DNA of 64,000 bases from Euprymna scolopes. Its lineage: Eukaryota. Positions 40,001-53,617 of the stretch are shown here, in pieces. Numbering within the stretch: the first letter of the stretch is position 1; every line of letters starts with the position of its first letter. Under the pieces are notes generated by a model. It did not search any database. It worked only from the letters and a program-made list of their open reading frames with translations, and had not been told where the DNA came from. The translations under genes were made by a program, and so were the position numbers. The stretch lies in the NCBI GenBank assembly GCA_053919585.1, contig CM132790.1. One strand, 5' to 3'.

Positions 40001-40429
40001 CTTTATATATACTATTACTGCAAGCCTGCCTATATTTAAAATGCTTGCTTCCTGGCTAGCCAATCAGACCATCTAATATAGTTATTTTTATTTTTAATTA
40101 TATTCGAAATATAATACAGTGACATTAGCAAAGAACAACTCACGTATGAAAAAGAAACTCCTAAATTAAAACCTTGAATAATTATCTAAACTCGAATGTA
40201 AATTTATGTGAAGCCGACTTTAAAAATTCATAAAAGTTGATTATTGGATTTTAATTATAAGGTGAAGTTCCAAGAATTCAAACTCGAGATAGATAACGAC
40301 AAACTTCCACCCATTAATAGGGGTGGGGAGATTATCATCAAAAGGGTCCTGATTTGATAACTTAGCCCCGGAGTTACTACTTAGATATTAATGAGTCACT
40401 TGTAATCATTCGCCTCCTCGCCTTTTTTT

Positions 40430-43400
40430 AATGGAGATTAGATAATACAGTGAATGTGTAAGCGACTCGCTACTCCGTTTTTGTCCCTCAGTCCTCATTC
40501 AAATGATTTTTTTTCTGACAAAGGGTAAAGAAAAAGCTGCTTAAGGGTCGGTAGTACTTGATGAACAGTAGTTTGGTATGTCGGACATTTTTCTGTCTCT
40601 ATGTCTGTCCTTGTGGATATGTCACTAGTAAGGGTGATGGAGGTAAACGTTCTGCCTGGGCTGACGTTACCCGCCTGATAGTCAGGGACACGAACGTTGG
40701 ATTGACTAAGGAGGCTGTCCCATCAGCAGGCGCAAATACTGGGACTGCTGTATTGCCATTTGTTCAGTGGACCTGGACCATGCAGTAGTCTCTGGTGGGG
40801 AATCTTGATGTCATACTAGTGGGTGATTGTTACGGCTTTAACTTTTCATGTGATACAAAAAAATCCTGTCTTTTTCTCTCTTACTTTCCTTCTCTGTACT
40901 GTTCTAACAAGTATGCCGACCGGTTCTACAAATCCACAAACCTAAACATTAAATATGTCCAATAAGTCGAATAAACCTAGAACCCCATCTTCCAACGTAG
41001 ACCCGAACGTAGACCCCTACTACCAGGTCTCCTTCTCCAACATCAGGGGTCTACGTTCCAACCTTCCAGAGGTTGAAACCCAATTACAGGAGACGAAACC
41101 GAACATATTATTGCAAAGCGAAACTGAAATAGAGCCGCCCACTTCCCTAGATGAGTTCATAATTAACGGATACTCTAACTTAACAGCTAAATCTGACCCC
41201 CAAGATCGCCATGGGCATGGAATATGTTCCTACATTAAAGATGGCTTCCCGAGTGACAGGGTTATCTCTAGAGAAGATCATAATTCAACTAAAATGTGCT
41301 TCCGGTTTGCACTTGCTTACACCACTGCATTTATATTTGCTCTATCTCACCCCCACAACAGCGGAGTTACTATCTTTAAGAGCATATCTGAGAAAATAGA
41401 CAACATCCTGACTCCACATCCCTCGGTTAACATCCATATATGTGGTGACTTCAACGTCCATAACATGGAATGACTGAACCATTCAAATAAGACAGACAAT
41501 GGGGGAGGTTTTGCCATGATTTTGCCATTGCTTATGACCTCACTCGGATTTTTCCCGAACCCATCCGTGTTCACGATACACTCGCTCAATATGCCAGCCC
41601 CCTAAAACTTTTTCTCTCAACTCCCCCTGAGGTATGTTCATGTTCCGTTCATTCTCCTCTAGGATCCTCCGACAAATCTGTCTACCATTTAAGATAAAAA
41701 CAAAATGTAATAAGTCCCCAGACGTACCCCTCCATCCTACTGTATACCAATAGTCGATTACTGACTAGGATAGATTCCGTACATTTATATCTGATTTATG
41801 TCTGCACTCCATGTTTAAAAAGGAAGTTCCCTCTATAGTATCAGATCTGATCGAATGGTTAATTGTAGGCATATACCAATTCATACAATCTAAAAAAAAT
41901 CCAACAAAACCTATAGCCAGAATGTGCTGCTGCTATCGCGCACAGAAATCACTTTTTCCCATAGCTACCAACGTAATAGATGCACTTAGACAAAAGCTGC
42001 TTTCAGGACTGCCAGCAACCACTGTAAAAGAGTAATAAAAATGCAAGAGAGCTATATGCCCAGTCTGTATAATCCAAGGTAGCTGATCAGCGGCTCGGTT
42101 CCCACTAGTTTTGGCAAATAACAAAGAGGAGCCTGAACAGAAGTGTGCGTTCCATCCCTACCATTATCAATGGACCAGAGGTCATCCCGTCAGCATCAGA
42201 CAAGGCCAAACTATTTGCAAAGAACTTTGCAGCTAATTCTACCCTATGCAACTAAGTACATCAATTCCCATATTTCCTCCTATAACACAGAACACGCTAG
42301 GTAACATACAAATATGCGTGCATGAAGTCGCCATACTAATCAACAATCGTGATTCCAGTAAAGCAACTGGTCCTGACGGCATCCCAATTATAGTGTTTAA
42401 AAAGCTTCAACCAGAACTGTCTCTCATACTTACGAAATTGTTTAAGTGTTGCCTTAAGGAGAAGTGCTTTCCAACTCACTGGAAGACCTAATAAGTTGCC
42501 CTGTATTTAAGAATTATGGTGATAAGTAATCTCCATCTAAGTACAGACCAATAAGTCTCCTTTGTGTTATGAGTAAATTGCTGGAATCCATATTTAATAG
42601 AGAAATAGTCAACCACCTCAGCAGAAACAACCTACTTAGTGACACACTATATGGTTTCCGCTCCACAAGATCTACTGCAGATGTGCTGACGGTTATATCT
42701 CACAGGATTAGTTAATCTCTTGACAAAGGTTTCCTTTCTAGGGCAATTGCTCTTGACATATCAAAGGCCTTCGGCAAGGTATGGCATAAAGGTCTACTTC
42801 ACAAGATTTCCAGCTACGGTATAACGGGAAATGTTTTCTCAATCATTAAATCATTTCTTTCAGATAGGCTCATAAGAGTAGTTGTAGATGGGCAAAAATC
42901 AGAGGCCTGCAGTATTAATGCTGGAGTCCCTCAGGGGTAAATCCTTTGCCCAACTCTCTTCCTGATCTCCATCAATGACTTCCCTAAACACATACTTAAA
43001 TTATTCGTTGACATTTATGCTGATGACACGTCCATCTACGGCAACACATCAAAGGCTGTAAATGGCAAAGTTCTCTCTGATTCTCTCTCCTCTGATCTCG
43101 AGCGCGTGGTTCAGAGGGGGAAGACGTGGCTGGTTACCTTTGATGCATCTAAAACCAAACTCCTATCCTTACATCATCAACGCTCTGATACCCATCTGGC
43201 ATCAATTGGGATGGATGGCTCTCGTCTGGGAGCTTCTGGGTTTGAAATTTGCTCCTGATCTGAAATCGAACACGTATATCAACGCTGTTGCCAAGGTCGC
43301 TGGAAAGATGGCGGGATCCTTCTACTGCTCCAGAAGATATATCACTAATGATGCAATTCTCTATCTCTATGAAAGCCAAGTAAATCCAAGGATGGAATAT

Positions 43401-43923
43401 TGGTTCCATATCTGGGCAGGAGCTGCTAAAACCAGCCTATCCTTCCTTGAAAGAGTACAAATAGACTTAGTGGCTTAGTGGGGGATGCCCTTTTCTCTAC
43501 TTTACAACCTCTTTCCCAGAGACGTTGCGAGCCTGTCCTTGTTTTATCGTAATTTCCATGGCAGGTGCTCGTCTGAATTCCAATCTCTGGTCCCCCCTCG
43601 CCAATCTTTCACGAAAAACACCCGTCTAGCTGAATCCATTGTGAAAAAGTTTCCCCACTTTATCTGTGCCTAAATCAAAACGTGGATTCCCTGAACAAAG
43701 CTTCTTTCTTAGAACTTCACGCCTGTGGGACTCTGTTCCGTCTGTCTGCTTCCCACCTTACTACAACTTGAATGTCTTCAAGTCCAACGTTAACAATTTC
43801 CTAATGAACCGCCCCTTAAGTAAACACTTCATCAAATCTCCACACTAAATTAATGCACTTGCACTAATCCGTATCCCTGAGTGGCTTCCCGACCTTGATA
43901 AGTTGTGACCACTGTTAAAAAAA
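40430..43923 (+). mobile_element. Near full-length CR1/L2-group LINE (APE-RT, decayed, no ORF1 seen)
   Basis: From ATG 40955: FSNIRGLRSN, QSETEI, HICGDFNVHN (APE); KATGPDGIP, YRPISLL, IALDISKAFGKVWHKGLL, GVPQG, IYADDT (RT); MEYWFHIWAGA; poly(A) at ~43917-43923. 5' boundary approximate. Confidence 0.92.
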
Positions 43924-44700
43924 CCGTACCGCGAAGGAGGAAAAGACCGGGAAAAATCGCGACGTCTTTGCTGTTACGACCACTGTCATACCGGAAGTTA
44001 CGTAGGCTTAAATTAAGGGTAGGCAATCGAGAGAGGGGAGGGCTATCGAAAATATCAGTGAAAAAGCGACCACTCACAGTAGAAAAGTGTGCTGTTGAAG
44101 GTGAAGAAATTAATATTTTTAGCCATTTTTTCGATATTTGTCGTATAAAAGGTCGAGCTTATAAAACGCTACTGAGCTTGCGAAAATCCGTCGCCTCTGT
44201 CGAAAGTTTTAGACAGACATGTAAACATACATATATATATTTATATATCGATTGCTCAAATTTTCGACCCAAACAGATTAATAAGCTTGCCCTATCTCTG
44301 GCTACCCTTTATGGAAAATTTCAAATGTTTAGACCAGAAATTGTATGAGTAATTTGGTACAGACCGCCGAGGTATTTTTTTAAACTTTGCATACTATTAG
44401 GACCCCTTAACATTTAATGGTTTAGGCTCAAATTGCGTACATAAGGTAGATCCATGTCCAAGGAACCTATATCTAAAATTTCAATTGTTTATACCCGAAA
44501 TTGGCGAAGGAGTTTGGTAGAGTTCTCCAAGGTCAAATAGTTATACTTTGACACCTTAAAAGCAAAACTTCTGCCCGAAAACGTATTACAAATATTTTCA
44601 CAAATCTCAGTACACTTTATATCAAATTTTGAGTCTATAGACTTATAATTGGCAGAGTTATTGACAGAGTTATTGCGTAGGGAAATGTACACCGACAGAC
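43924..44700 (-). mobile_element. Helitron-like fragments
   Basis: 5'-end-like TC(GA)TATATAAA plus microsatellite near 44250. 44400-44540 is similar to the internal repeat of the 38166-39094 element. Confidence 0.45.
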
Positions 44701-45039
44701 ATATATATGGGAGAGTTTCGCATATTTCCAGGAATATCTCATTGGGAATACGTGGTTTCTGTCGTTTAATCTAATATTCATGCCTTAAGAGCAAATGAAT
44801 TTCACACACCGAAAGAAATATTTTAAAAACATCTGTATAGCTAAATGTTCACCCCTTTTTAAATACTATCAATAAATACAAAAACATATATTTGTAATGA
44901 AATTGTAAGATCATGATCAATATTGTTATTGTACTTATTTTTAAGCGTGTTTTATGAGAAACAAATTGAATTTATTTTGCAGCATTTTTTTTGAAAAATA
45001 TGGAAATATACGTAATTAAAAAAATAAATTTCTCTTGTA

Positions 45040-45430
45040 GACATACCCTCGTTTTTAGACTCTAAGAACATACACAGTTTAAAGTAAGGTACCACAGCGT
45101 TTTAGTTGTTTGAGTACATATAATTTTAAATCTATCGAAACCCAACGAAAAATATAACCGATAATTCAATGAGAATGTTGTTTATTCTTACGAGAGCAGG
45201 CTTTAAATTTTTTGGAAGAATATTAGTTTAACAAGTTGAAATAATCAATTCAGCGACATTTTGATGATTATCTAGAACTTTTAACGCATTGCTAAAATAT
45301 AGTGTAATAGACAAACAGAAAATATACTTTTTAAAATATGTATGTTAAAATTAAAAATAATAAACTATTAGATTGCAAATGTATACATATCATTAGGGAT
45401 TTAAAATTGTAATAATAATTACATTTAAAA
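45040..45430 (+). pseudogene. Further exon remnants of copy B (paralog of 24860-25250)
   Basis: YRNPTKNITDNSMRMLFILTRAGFK vs FYRKPTKIITDNSMKNILFLTRTGFK. Preceded by an AG/GT-bounded mini-exon. Confidence 0.45.
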
Positions 45431-47114
45431 AAAGATGTAAATATAACTGATTTACTATATTTTCCTTGAAACATCTTTCTTTTTCAAACACCTGCTCACA
45501 TGTAAAATCATTTTGTTGTTTTATTTAGGAAAGGATTATACAGCAAGTCTTAGACCATGATTGTAATTTTACTTATAATTAGGTAGAATACAACGACTAG
45601 GGATTTTTAAACAGTAACCAAGAATACATATATTTATCTACGCCCGTTCATCTTCGTTTCGCTTTCGGATTTGTCTTAAAGCTTCATTCCCGATATCAGC
45701 ATGTTACATACTGTTAGTGAAAGTTGTTTAATCCTTTTATTTACGAGGATCGTGGCTTATCGTATTATGCACGCCAATACAGATTATGACTTCGATATTT
45801 ATCACGGTCAAAAATGGGTTAGTACAGTCGCGATTTCTTTCTCGCGCTGAAGCATTAATTCTACGCAGTATCTAGTAAATACACCCCTTAGCATTTATTG
45901 TATTTTATTAGTTCTAAGAAATACTTGGCCGAGGAATGCGATCAGTCTACCTGAACAATGAGAAAATGAGTGGTGTTGTATTTTTTACGAGCATTGGCTT
46001 AATGCACTCTAATTTTCTGAGCTCATGGCCAATATTACCACCGTGCGAAAAAAAGAGAAAATGGCATAAAAAAAATACAATATAGATATAATTTTATTAC
46101 AAATTATGTTTAAAAAAATAAAACAGAACTGGACATAGTGAATTAATTGAAAACGAACGCTATTTTTGATAATAATTATATGGACTTATTCAGCTTTCTA
46201 AAATCGGAATTCACTTCGTCATTAGCATCTCAGCGCAGCACTGATATGTAATCTTCGAGAGGACTCACAGTGTCTACCAATGATTGTTTCAATAAAACCG
46301 CTTGCAAGAGTAGGACCTGACGATAAAAACAGTACGTTCATATAAAAAGCCCGATTTAGATCGAGGATAAAGACCCTGTAATTATGTGAATTTATTTCGA
46401 ACATTTCTTAAACGAGTTTGTATTTTATACATTTTATTAATAAATACGTTTTGGTTACATTAATTTCTGTTCTATTGCTTGATATCGAAACAAGTAATGA
46501 TATGAATTCACTTTTTCGATATATCACAGGAATATGGTGACGACACATTTTATAATGTGTTAAATCGGTACTTTTAAGCTTATTGTAAATTATTATCTCA
46601 ATTAAGTAGGTTTGACATACACAAATCTATATTATCCTGTATTAAAATTTTGGAATTCTGTAGATTGTCTGGTGTAAATCTAAACACGAATTTTCCTATG
46701 TAAATTTATAAAAGAATGTCTGTAGAATTTGAAATAGCGCTCTCATTAATGAGCCTAAGAAAGAAATCAACAAGATATACACACCGATACTTTAGAGGGA
46801 AAAGTTAATCTAAGTCTTCTGCTCCAAAGCTGGTGATTTTTTTCAGAAAATGAAAAATCGTTTATAGCGTTTAATTATACACATATGCAGGCACATGAAA
46901 CAGTTTCGAACTATAAAAAAAATCAATTCTAAGGAAAATGGGAACGTCACATTGTTTGCAACAGAAAATCATATTACAAATTAGAAAAAAATGGCATAAT
47001 AAGCTCATGATAAAAGTAAAACATAACTTTGAGAGATAACAATACAATGTTTAGGCGGGGAGGACAACAGAAAGAAACGCCGAACTAGATATAAAAGATA
47101 AACATACGTATACT

Positions 47115-47622
47115 ATTTTTACATAGGAATCACCATTTATCAAGGCTCAGGGACCATTCGTTGATAAGTGCACAATAGTGAATTGGATTATATAGTAATC
47201 AGTAGTAATGGAAATTCCATAAATTTGTTAACTTAAGTGGAACGGCTCATCACGAACTTGGTTACGTTGAACGTGAAGACAATCAGATTGTAGTCTGCTG
47301 GAAGGAAAGAAAACAGAAGACAGTTCAACAGACGTGCACTTCTAAGAAAGAAGCTTTGTTTATGGAATCTACGTGTAGGTTTAGGCACAGATAAAGAGTG
47401 AGAGAATTATTAATTGTGTTTTCATCTAGACGAGTGTTTCTTGGGAAAGTTTGGCGAGGGGGCATAGATATAAGCTCAGTCGAGCACTTTCCATGACAAT
47501 TACAATAAAGTAGAGATAAACTCGCAACGCCTTTTCGTTGAGATAGAGGTGGCAGGGAAGAGAAATGGACATCTCTTACGAGGCTTTGAAGTCTATTTTG
47601 AACTCTATCAAGCCAGGACAAA
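47115..47622 (-). mobile_element. CR1/L2-group LINE 3' fragment
   Basis: LDRVQNRLQSLV...LPPLSQRKGVASLSLLYCNCHGKCSTEL; shared 3' UTR. Confidence 0.8.
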
Positions 47623-50600
47623 TCCTTTATATGAAATCTATAAAAATAATTTATAATGTTTTTATACTAAATTACTAATTCCATCAATTTTCTAAGAGAA
47701 AATATATGTGACGCTCCCACTTTGATAAGCTTCTAGGGAATCAGAGAGACAGAAATAAAGATCACCTTTGATTCTCTGGCAATGATAGCCATCAGGAGTA
47801 TATAAACATGGTTTAACAACCTTTTAGCTCTCTAGTTTTACGTTGAGACCTCTCATCATTTTTTGTACAGAACAAGGATTAATGATTTAATGAAATTAGA
47901 AGATGTATTAGTTTATAAAATATGACTGAATATTTTGCTGGCGGATAGCTTGCTCATTGCTGTAACGATTTCTTATTCTGTTATATATGGAATGGGTAAT
48001 GCTCTGTAAGTTTCGAGTGGATCAAGAGTATTAAAGTAATCATATTCACCTTTGTAAAATGAAGCCCATTTCCCTAAAGATTATTCCTTGGAAGTTAGTT
48101 TTTTTTTTATCTATGATATATATAGTTTATATAACGTATGTGAATTTTTATATTTGTTATAGCTAAGAAAAAGTGTTGATTGTTGGGAAATTCTACATTT
48201 AATCAATGTCATCATTAAGTTGTTAGAGTTTATATTTTTGCAACAGTTTTCTTTTTCGTTTTTACTTTTGGATTGAGTTGAATTATCTCCGTATTTTATG
48301 CGAACGCTTTTGATAGTTATCGTTTTTTTTTTTTTGGTCTCGAGTTGAATCAACTGCAAAACTGGTTGCTTAACAGATGGCATGACCTTTTCAGCAGATT
48401 CGATGATTTACATGTTTTCTACATCGGAAAATTATTTAACGTCAATAAATGAGCAACTATTAAAGGGTGAAATCGTTCATAATCACTTATTGAAATGGAT
48501 TACATCTTTCAGGGATTCGACATTATATTTATTCACTGGAGTTGAGGTTCGTTTCAAATGCACTTTACATTAACGTCAATGCATTGAATTTGTCCATAAG
48601 AAAAAAACAGCACGGTGGGACGATGTCTATTAATTCCTGAATTTAGACGTACAACACTTCAACGTTTTTATCAGGATAGCTGGTAGTGTGAATATAAGCT
48701 TGCATGAAATTTATCATTATCCAGTCCATTGCCAGTCTATCAGAAAACCCGTGATAGTCAGAAATAAATGGAAAATACATTTATTAACAGGGAAACCTAC
48801 ACTATGTAAGCAGGAAGTCTTATTTCCGGAATTAAAAGAGCAATGTCAACAGGGCTGTTTAAATTGACGAGTTCTTTATTTGAGAAGCTAATTATATCGC
48901 ACTTCATACGAGCAATATCAATCTTGCGAGGTATGTATTTCCTGGATACCGTTATGGTTATACGTCACCAAACATCAGTGGTTCTATCGTGGCATCATCA
49001 CACGGATTCGTCGTTTACCAAAGCGTATAAATGGAACTCGCAGCTCGTTAGGCAGTTTTTCAGACGCTATATAATTAAGTTGATATTTATTTATACATTC
49101 GCCTTAGTTTAATTATACGATTTACTCGGATATATGGGTTGCTTTCCCTACGATTTAGCGGCTTTATCTGCTCCACTGAAACAAATTATACAGGATGTTT
49201 ATGTATTTTTAAAAAAAATATTGTGACGAAATGATTTTAAACTTGTGACCCGTAAGTTATGAATCGCGCAACGAATTAAATTTAGTCGCCTGTTTATTTT
49301 GTTGTATTTTTATAAATTGCAACGCTTGCGATTTCCAAACGGCCATCCAAAAATTTAGGGTTTCATAATAAATTGAAAAAATTCAAAACTAACTTTGTCT
49401 TTTCCCACTATCTGCCGCTTATTGCTGTTGTATTCTTCAAAATAGCGACGCTTGCGATTTCCAAACAGCAACCCGCAAGTTTATGAATGTCAAAAAGGAT
49501 TGAACAAAATCAATACAAACTTTGTTTTTTTTTTCTTCGGCCGCTTGTTGTTGTAGTTGTATTTTTTTGTTTAAATATAGTTTTATAAGGTATGTATTAT
49601 ATCAAATATACAAAAAAACACTACACAATCGCTTTGAGCTGATTCAAAATCACGCAATGCTTTTTATGCGATAAGGATGGCTATCTATAGGTAAATTTAT
49701 AATAATCAGTCATTGTCAAAACGCCTAAGCTCTATTTGTTTACACATATTTTTTTACATTAAATGCTACTGCTCCTAGGGAGCATTTATAATCAAACGCT
49801 CGTAATGTAACCACGACTATTTATGAATATTACCTCCTCAGCCACGCGAAACTCCTCCACAAAACATTTAAAATAACCCCCACTTAACTAATTATGCTCG
49901 CTTACAATATTACCCATTACACTTCACGACTAATTAATTACAAACACTAACCAACACATCATTATCCATCCTGCTTCCTCTTTCACACCTGTATAACATT
50001 TATTTCGCTTCATGTTTGGCTATATTGTATTATAACCAAGCACCCAACTCACCCGCCGATCTCTGCAACCACTAGCAAACTCCATACTATAATTGTTGAT
50101 ATTTTAAACTGCGTAAACCTTGAATGTGCCTACATTAATTAGCTTTCACACAAGCACTATCCTCCTTAGTCTATTGTTTGCATTCCTTTAAACACACTGA
50201 CCCCATTTTTCTCAACCTGCGTGCTCCAAAAATCACCACTTCCTCTTAATTGTACCCCCCAAATCTCCTGTTTCTTCCAAGTAATAACCCTCTAATTCTC
50301 AACTTTAAATTCGAACGCTTAGCATGAAATTGCCGCAAATAAATAATAAAATGTCCATTAAATGCAACTTTCCAGCCCTCGATTTAACCAACCACAGCAT
50401 AAATTCCACGACCAAAATTCCCCGGAACCTTGCATTAATTAAGTAGGATTGTATAATAAAAATACATTTAACTGGTTGAATGTTAACAATGTGACCGGAG
50501 GAAATAACCCCCAACTACGGCTAAACCTATGTAAACGCCCATTCCCACCCATACCAATACCGTATGGCCGACATGTTGAACTACTTTAAAATGTTACCCC

Positions 50601-50714
50601 ACGCTAGCGATCTTTTAAACCAACCGACCAGTCTCCAAGACGCACATATTTGCTTCCTTCCGTCCTTTCTTTCCTCTTTTTTTTTCATATAATCCTTTCC
50701 ATTTTCATGCATTT

Positions 50715-51000
50715 CGGTCCTGGATATGACCTTAAATTATATCAGATGGGTAGGCAAGCCCCAGTTTGCGAGCTTTGGAGAGTATGGAATCACCCTTTGA
50801 TTGCCATTGATTCCAGGTCCACTCTGATCCGAATTTGTAGTACCTGTTAGGGTGCCAACTGTGGGTTAAATAGAAACCAACTTGAAAAAAAACAAATATA
50901 GTCTCTTAAAAATGTTCTTCAAAATCCCAGAATTCGGCATTAAATAACCTGAAAAGAGTTGATATGCCGTAAAGTAAAAAAAAATCAACCAACAACCAAA
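50715..51000 (+). mobile_element. 5'-truncated SINE (Meta/MESC-like central domain)
   Basis: TCCTGGATATGAC...TTGCCATT..TCCAGGTCCACTCTGA.CCG...GTAGTACCTGTTAGGGT resembles, from memory, a widely conserved invertebrate SINE core. Tail GGCATTAAATAACC..GTTGATATGCCG..(AACC)n. Confidence 0.6.
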
Positions 51001-51349
51001 TGTTCATGAATTTTCCTCTATCCCTAATATGTTTACTATTAATATATTCCTCCTTCATATTCTCGCAAACCAGACCAAACTCCACGAGCTAAACCTAAAA
51101 AAAACATGTTTACTTTTCATAATCACTATAGCTTTGTACTATCTGAGGAGGGCAATTAAATTATTTGCTGAAACCATAGTAATTGACTAAGTTACACTTG
51201 CAAAATAAAAGCATATCCCGCACTACTAACTTTTCCAAGTCAGTTAGTAATAGGTAAACAAAGATTTCATCTTAAAAAACACACCGACAAATATTACAAC
51301 CCGTGTAATTAGGAGATATATAAGATCAAGCAGAATGATTAATGTCTTA

Positions 51350-51407
51350 GCCCCCTACCGAACTGTAGGCTGTTTTTGAACCCAGTTACCGACGCGTACT
51401 TTTGCTA

Positions 51408-51408
<1 letters not shown>
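51350..51408 (+). mobile_element. Helitron-like 3' end (same family as 19063-19758)
   Basis: taggctgtttttgaacccagt...gtacttttgCTAG|T followed by (TA)n. Confidence 0.5.
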
Positions 51409-51473
<65 letters not shown>

Positions 51474-52169
51474 TAACTGCACCTTTACAGCAGCATTGCT
51501 ACCAACAAAACCATTATCAGATGATGATTCTTTGTTCAGGCATGGTTTCGGGATCGAAGCATCATCACATCTAGTCAATAACGCCTCAACAGCGGACTTT
51601 GTTGAATTGTTGTCGATCTGTTGAATTGCCAACTATGCAGATAGAACCTCGTCATGTATTTTCTTTGTGTATTTTTCTGATTTGACGGAGAAAGTCCAAC
51701 TTTATTAAAGCACGTGAAGGTTGAGTTCGCAATAAGCCCTCAACGCTAGTTTCGTTACATATCCTGATAGTAACATAATTTTATCGAAAAGTAAGACATC
51801 ATCCTTTACCCAAGATACAGCAGAGAACAGCATTGCATTTGGGGCATCTTTTTCATATTAATCATTAAGTGATGGTTATGGGTTCCCCAAATTCCCACAT
51901 TGGGTTGTGTGAATTTGCCATTCAGATGCAATATAATATCATTGAAAATAAACCGTTAACCTGACGTTTTTTCATGCCCCATCGTTTGTACAATTTGGTT
52001 GCTAAATTTATTCGACGTAAATACTCCTTGATTCTTAACGCATAAAAGAGCTGCAGCCTGTACGATGTCAATTGCAACCGGTTTTCTAGCACACGTTATA
52101 CGGTTTATTAGCTCAGCTCACGATATGCACGGAATGTGATTTTCTTTGTACTCTGAGTAAAATGTACGG

Positions 52170-52840
52170 ATTCAATGCTTCGTTGAGGTTTGTCACAGTT
52201 CTCTCCAAACTTTACAACAAATGCGCCAACGGATCATACTTTCCTGGTTGTTGGAAAACTTCTTCGGTGGTACCAGCTTCCAAGAATTCTTGCGAAGAAA
52301 TTAACCTGTATAATTATCTCCTTAGTATCCTCCTCCTTCATTTCGCCAAAATATTTGAGTCCATAATTTATCAAGGTCTAGTCCACTACCTTACAGTTGC
52401 TAAACTTCTGCCCTACCACCAACATGGATTTATACAAGCCCATTCCACGGCAGATATCCTAACTGTAATCTCCGAACGTATACAGTTCACTAAATAACCC
52501 AGCAGATATTAGAGTGGTAGCCCTCGATATATCTAAGGCTTTTGATAGGGTTTGCACGATGGTTTTCTAAGGAAAATCAGATCTTATGGTATCACTGGAA
52601 AAATGCATGACGTAATTAAATCCTTCCCTAGTAAGAAAAGAATCAAGTATGTACTCGAAATCTTGCATCTAAACAATGTGATATTAATGCGGGAATAACT
52701 AAACGGGCCTATTCTGCGCACTTTACTATTCCTAATATTCATGAATTATCTCCTTGATAAAATTGTCTCAGAGATAGCTATATTTAATGATGACACGATG
52801 CTTTATAACAGACACGACGGGAAGACTACTATACACATAC
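52170..52840 (+). mobile_element. CR1/L2-group LINE RT fragment
   Basis: FPGCWKTSSVVP; HQHGF..AHSTADILTVISERI; VALDISKAFDRV; IFNDDT. Similar to 31838-32330. Confidence 0.85.
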
Positions 52841-53524
52841 CACCTGCAGACAAAGGCATAATGGAAAAAAAACTGAATACATGATAAAATACTTCAACTA
52901 TTACAAGAACACATATATGAAAAAAACTAGTTCCCTAATAATACATAAAGAAATTGACAAATTTAACAAATCTTACAAGAAATTAATAAATAATGATAAA
53001 ATATGGACTAGCGTAATAGAATGTCATCGCAAAATCCCGACCCTATATAGCCTACCGTAAACATATAAAAATAACAATCCAATACGCCAAATTATCTCTG
53101 GCATTAGCAGTGCCACCTATAAGATAGCACGAGTCTTCACAAAACTCCTAACACCATTATAAGGCACAATTAGTAATTCCCATATAGGAAATTCTGGCGA
53201 CTTTCTCAATAAAATAAAAAACACTAGATATGAAAAATAAAACCATGAATAGTCTCCATATATATTCTTTATACACTAATCTCCCTACCAGGAAATGCTT
53301 CAAGCCTGTACAAAATAAAAATTAAATTACTTCTGCCAATATATAATATAATTAAAATTATAAGTATATGTATTGACATGACGTATTTTACATTCCAGGC
53401 ACTCTCCTACAAACTAACATTTGGACTACTCCTGGGTAACCCCCTATGTGGGGTTTTGGCATGCCTATTTTTGGAATTCATAAAAATCGGGCGCATGAAA
53501 TATAAATTGCCCAAGGGCACTTTC

Positions 53525-53617
<93 letters not shown>

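Noticed and set aside
49790-50650. Jockey/I-like endonuclease remnant; similarly weak LINE-, LTR- or Helitron-like traces at 2920-3170, 51470-52150, 57720-58700 and 62220-62680
   Set aside because: Composition suggests old TE debris, but the motifs or termini are too degraded to support a call.
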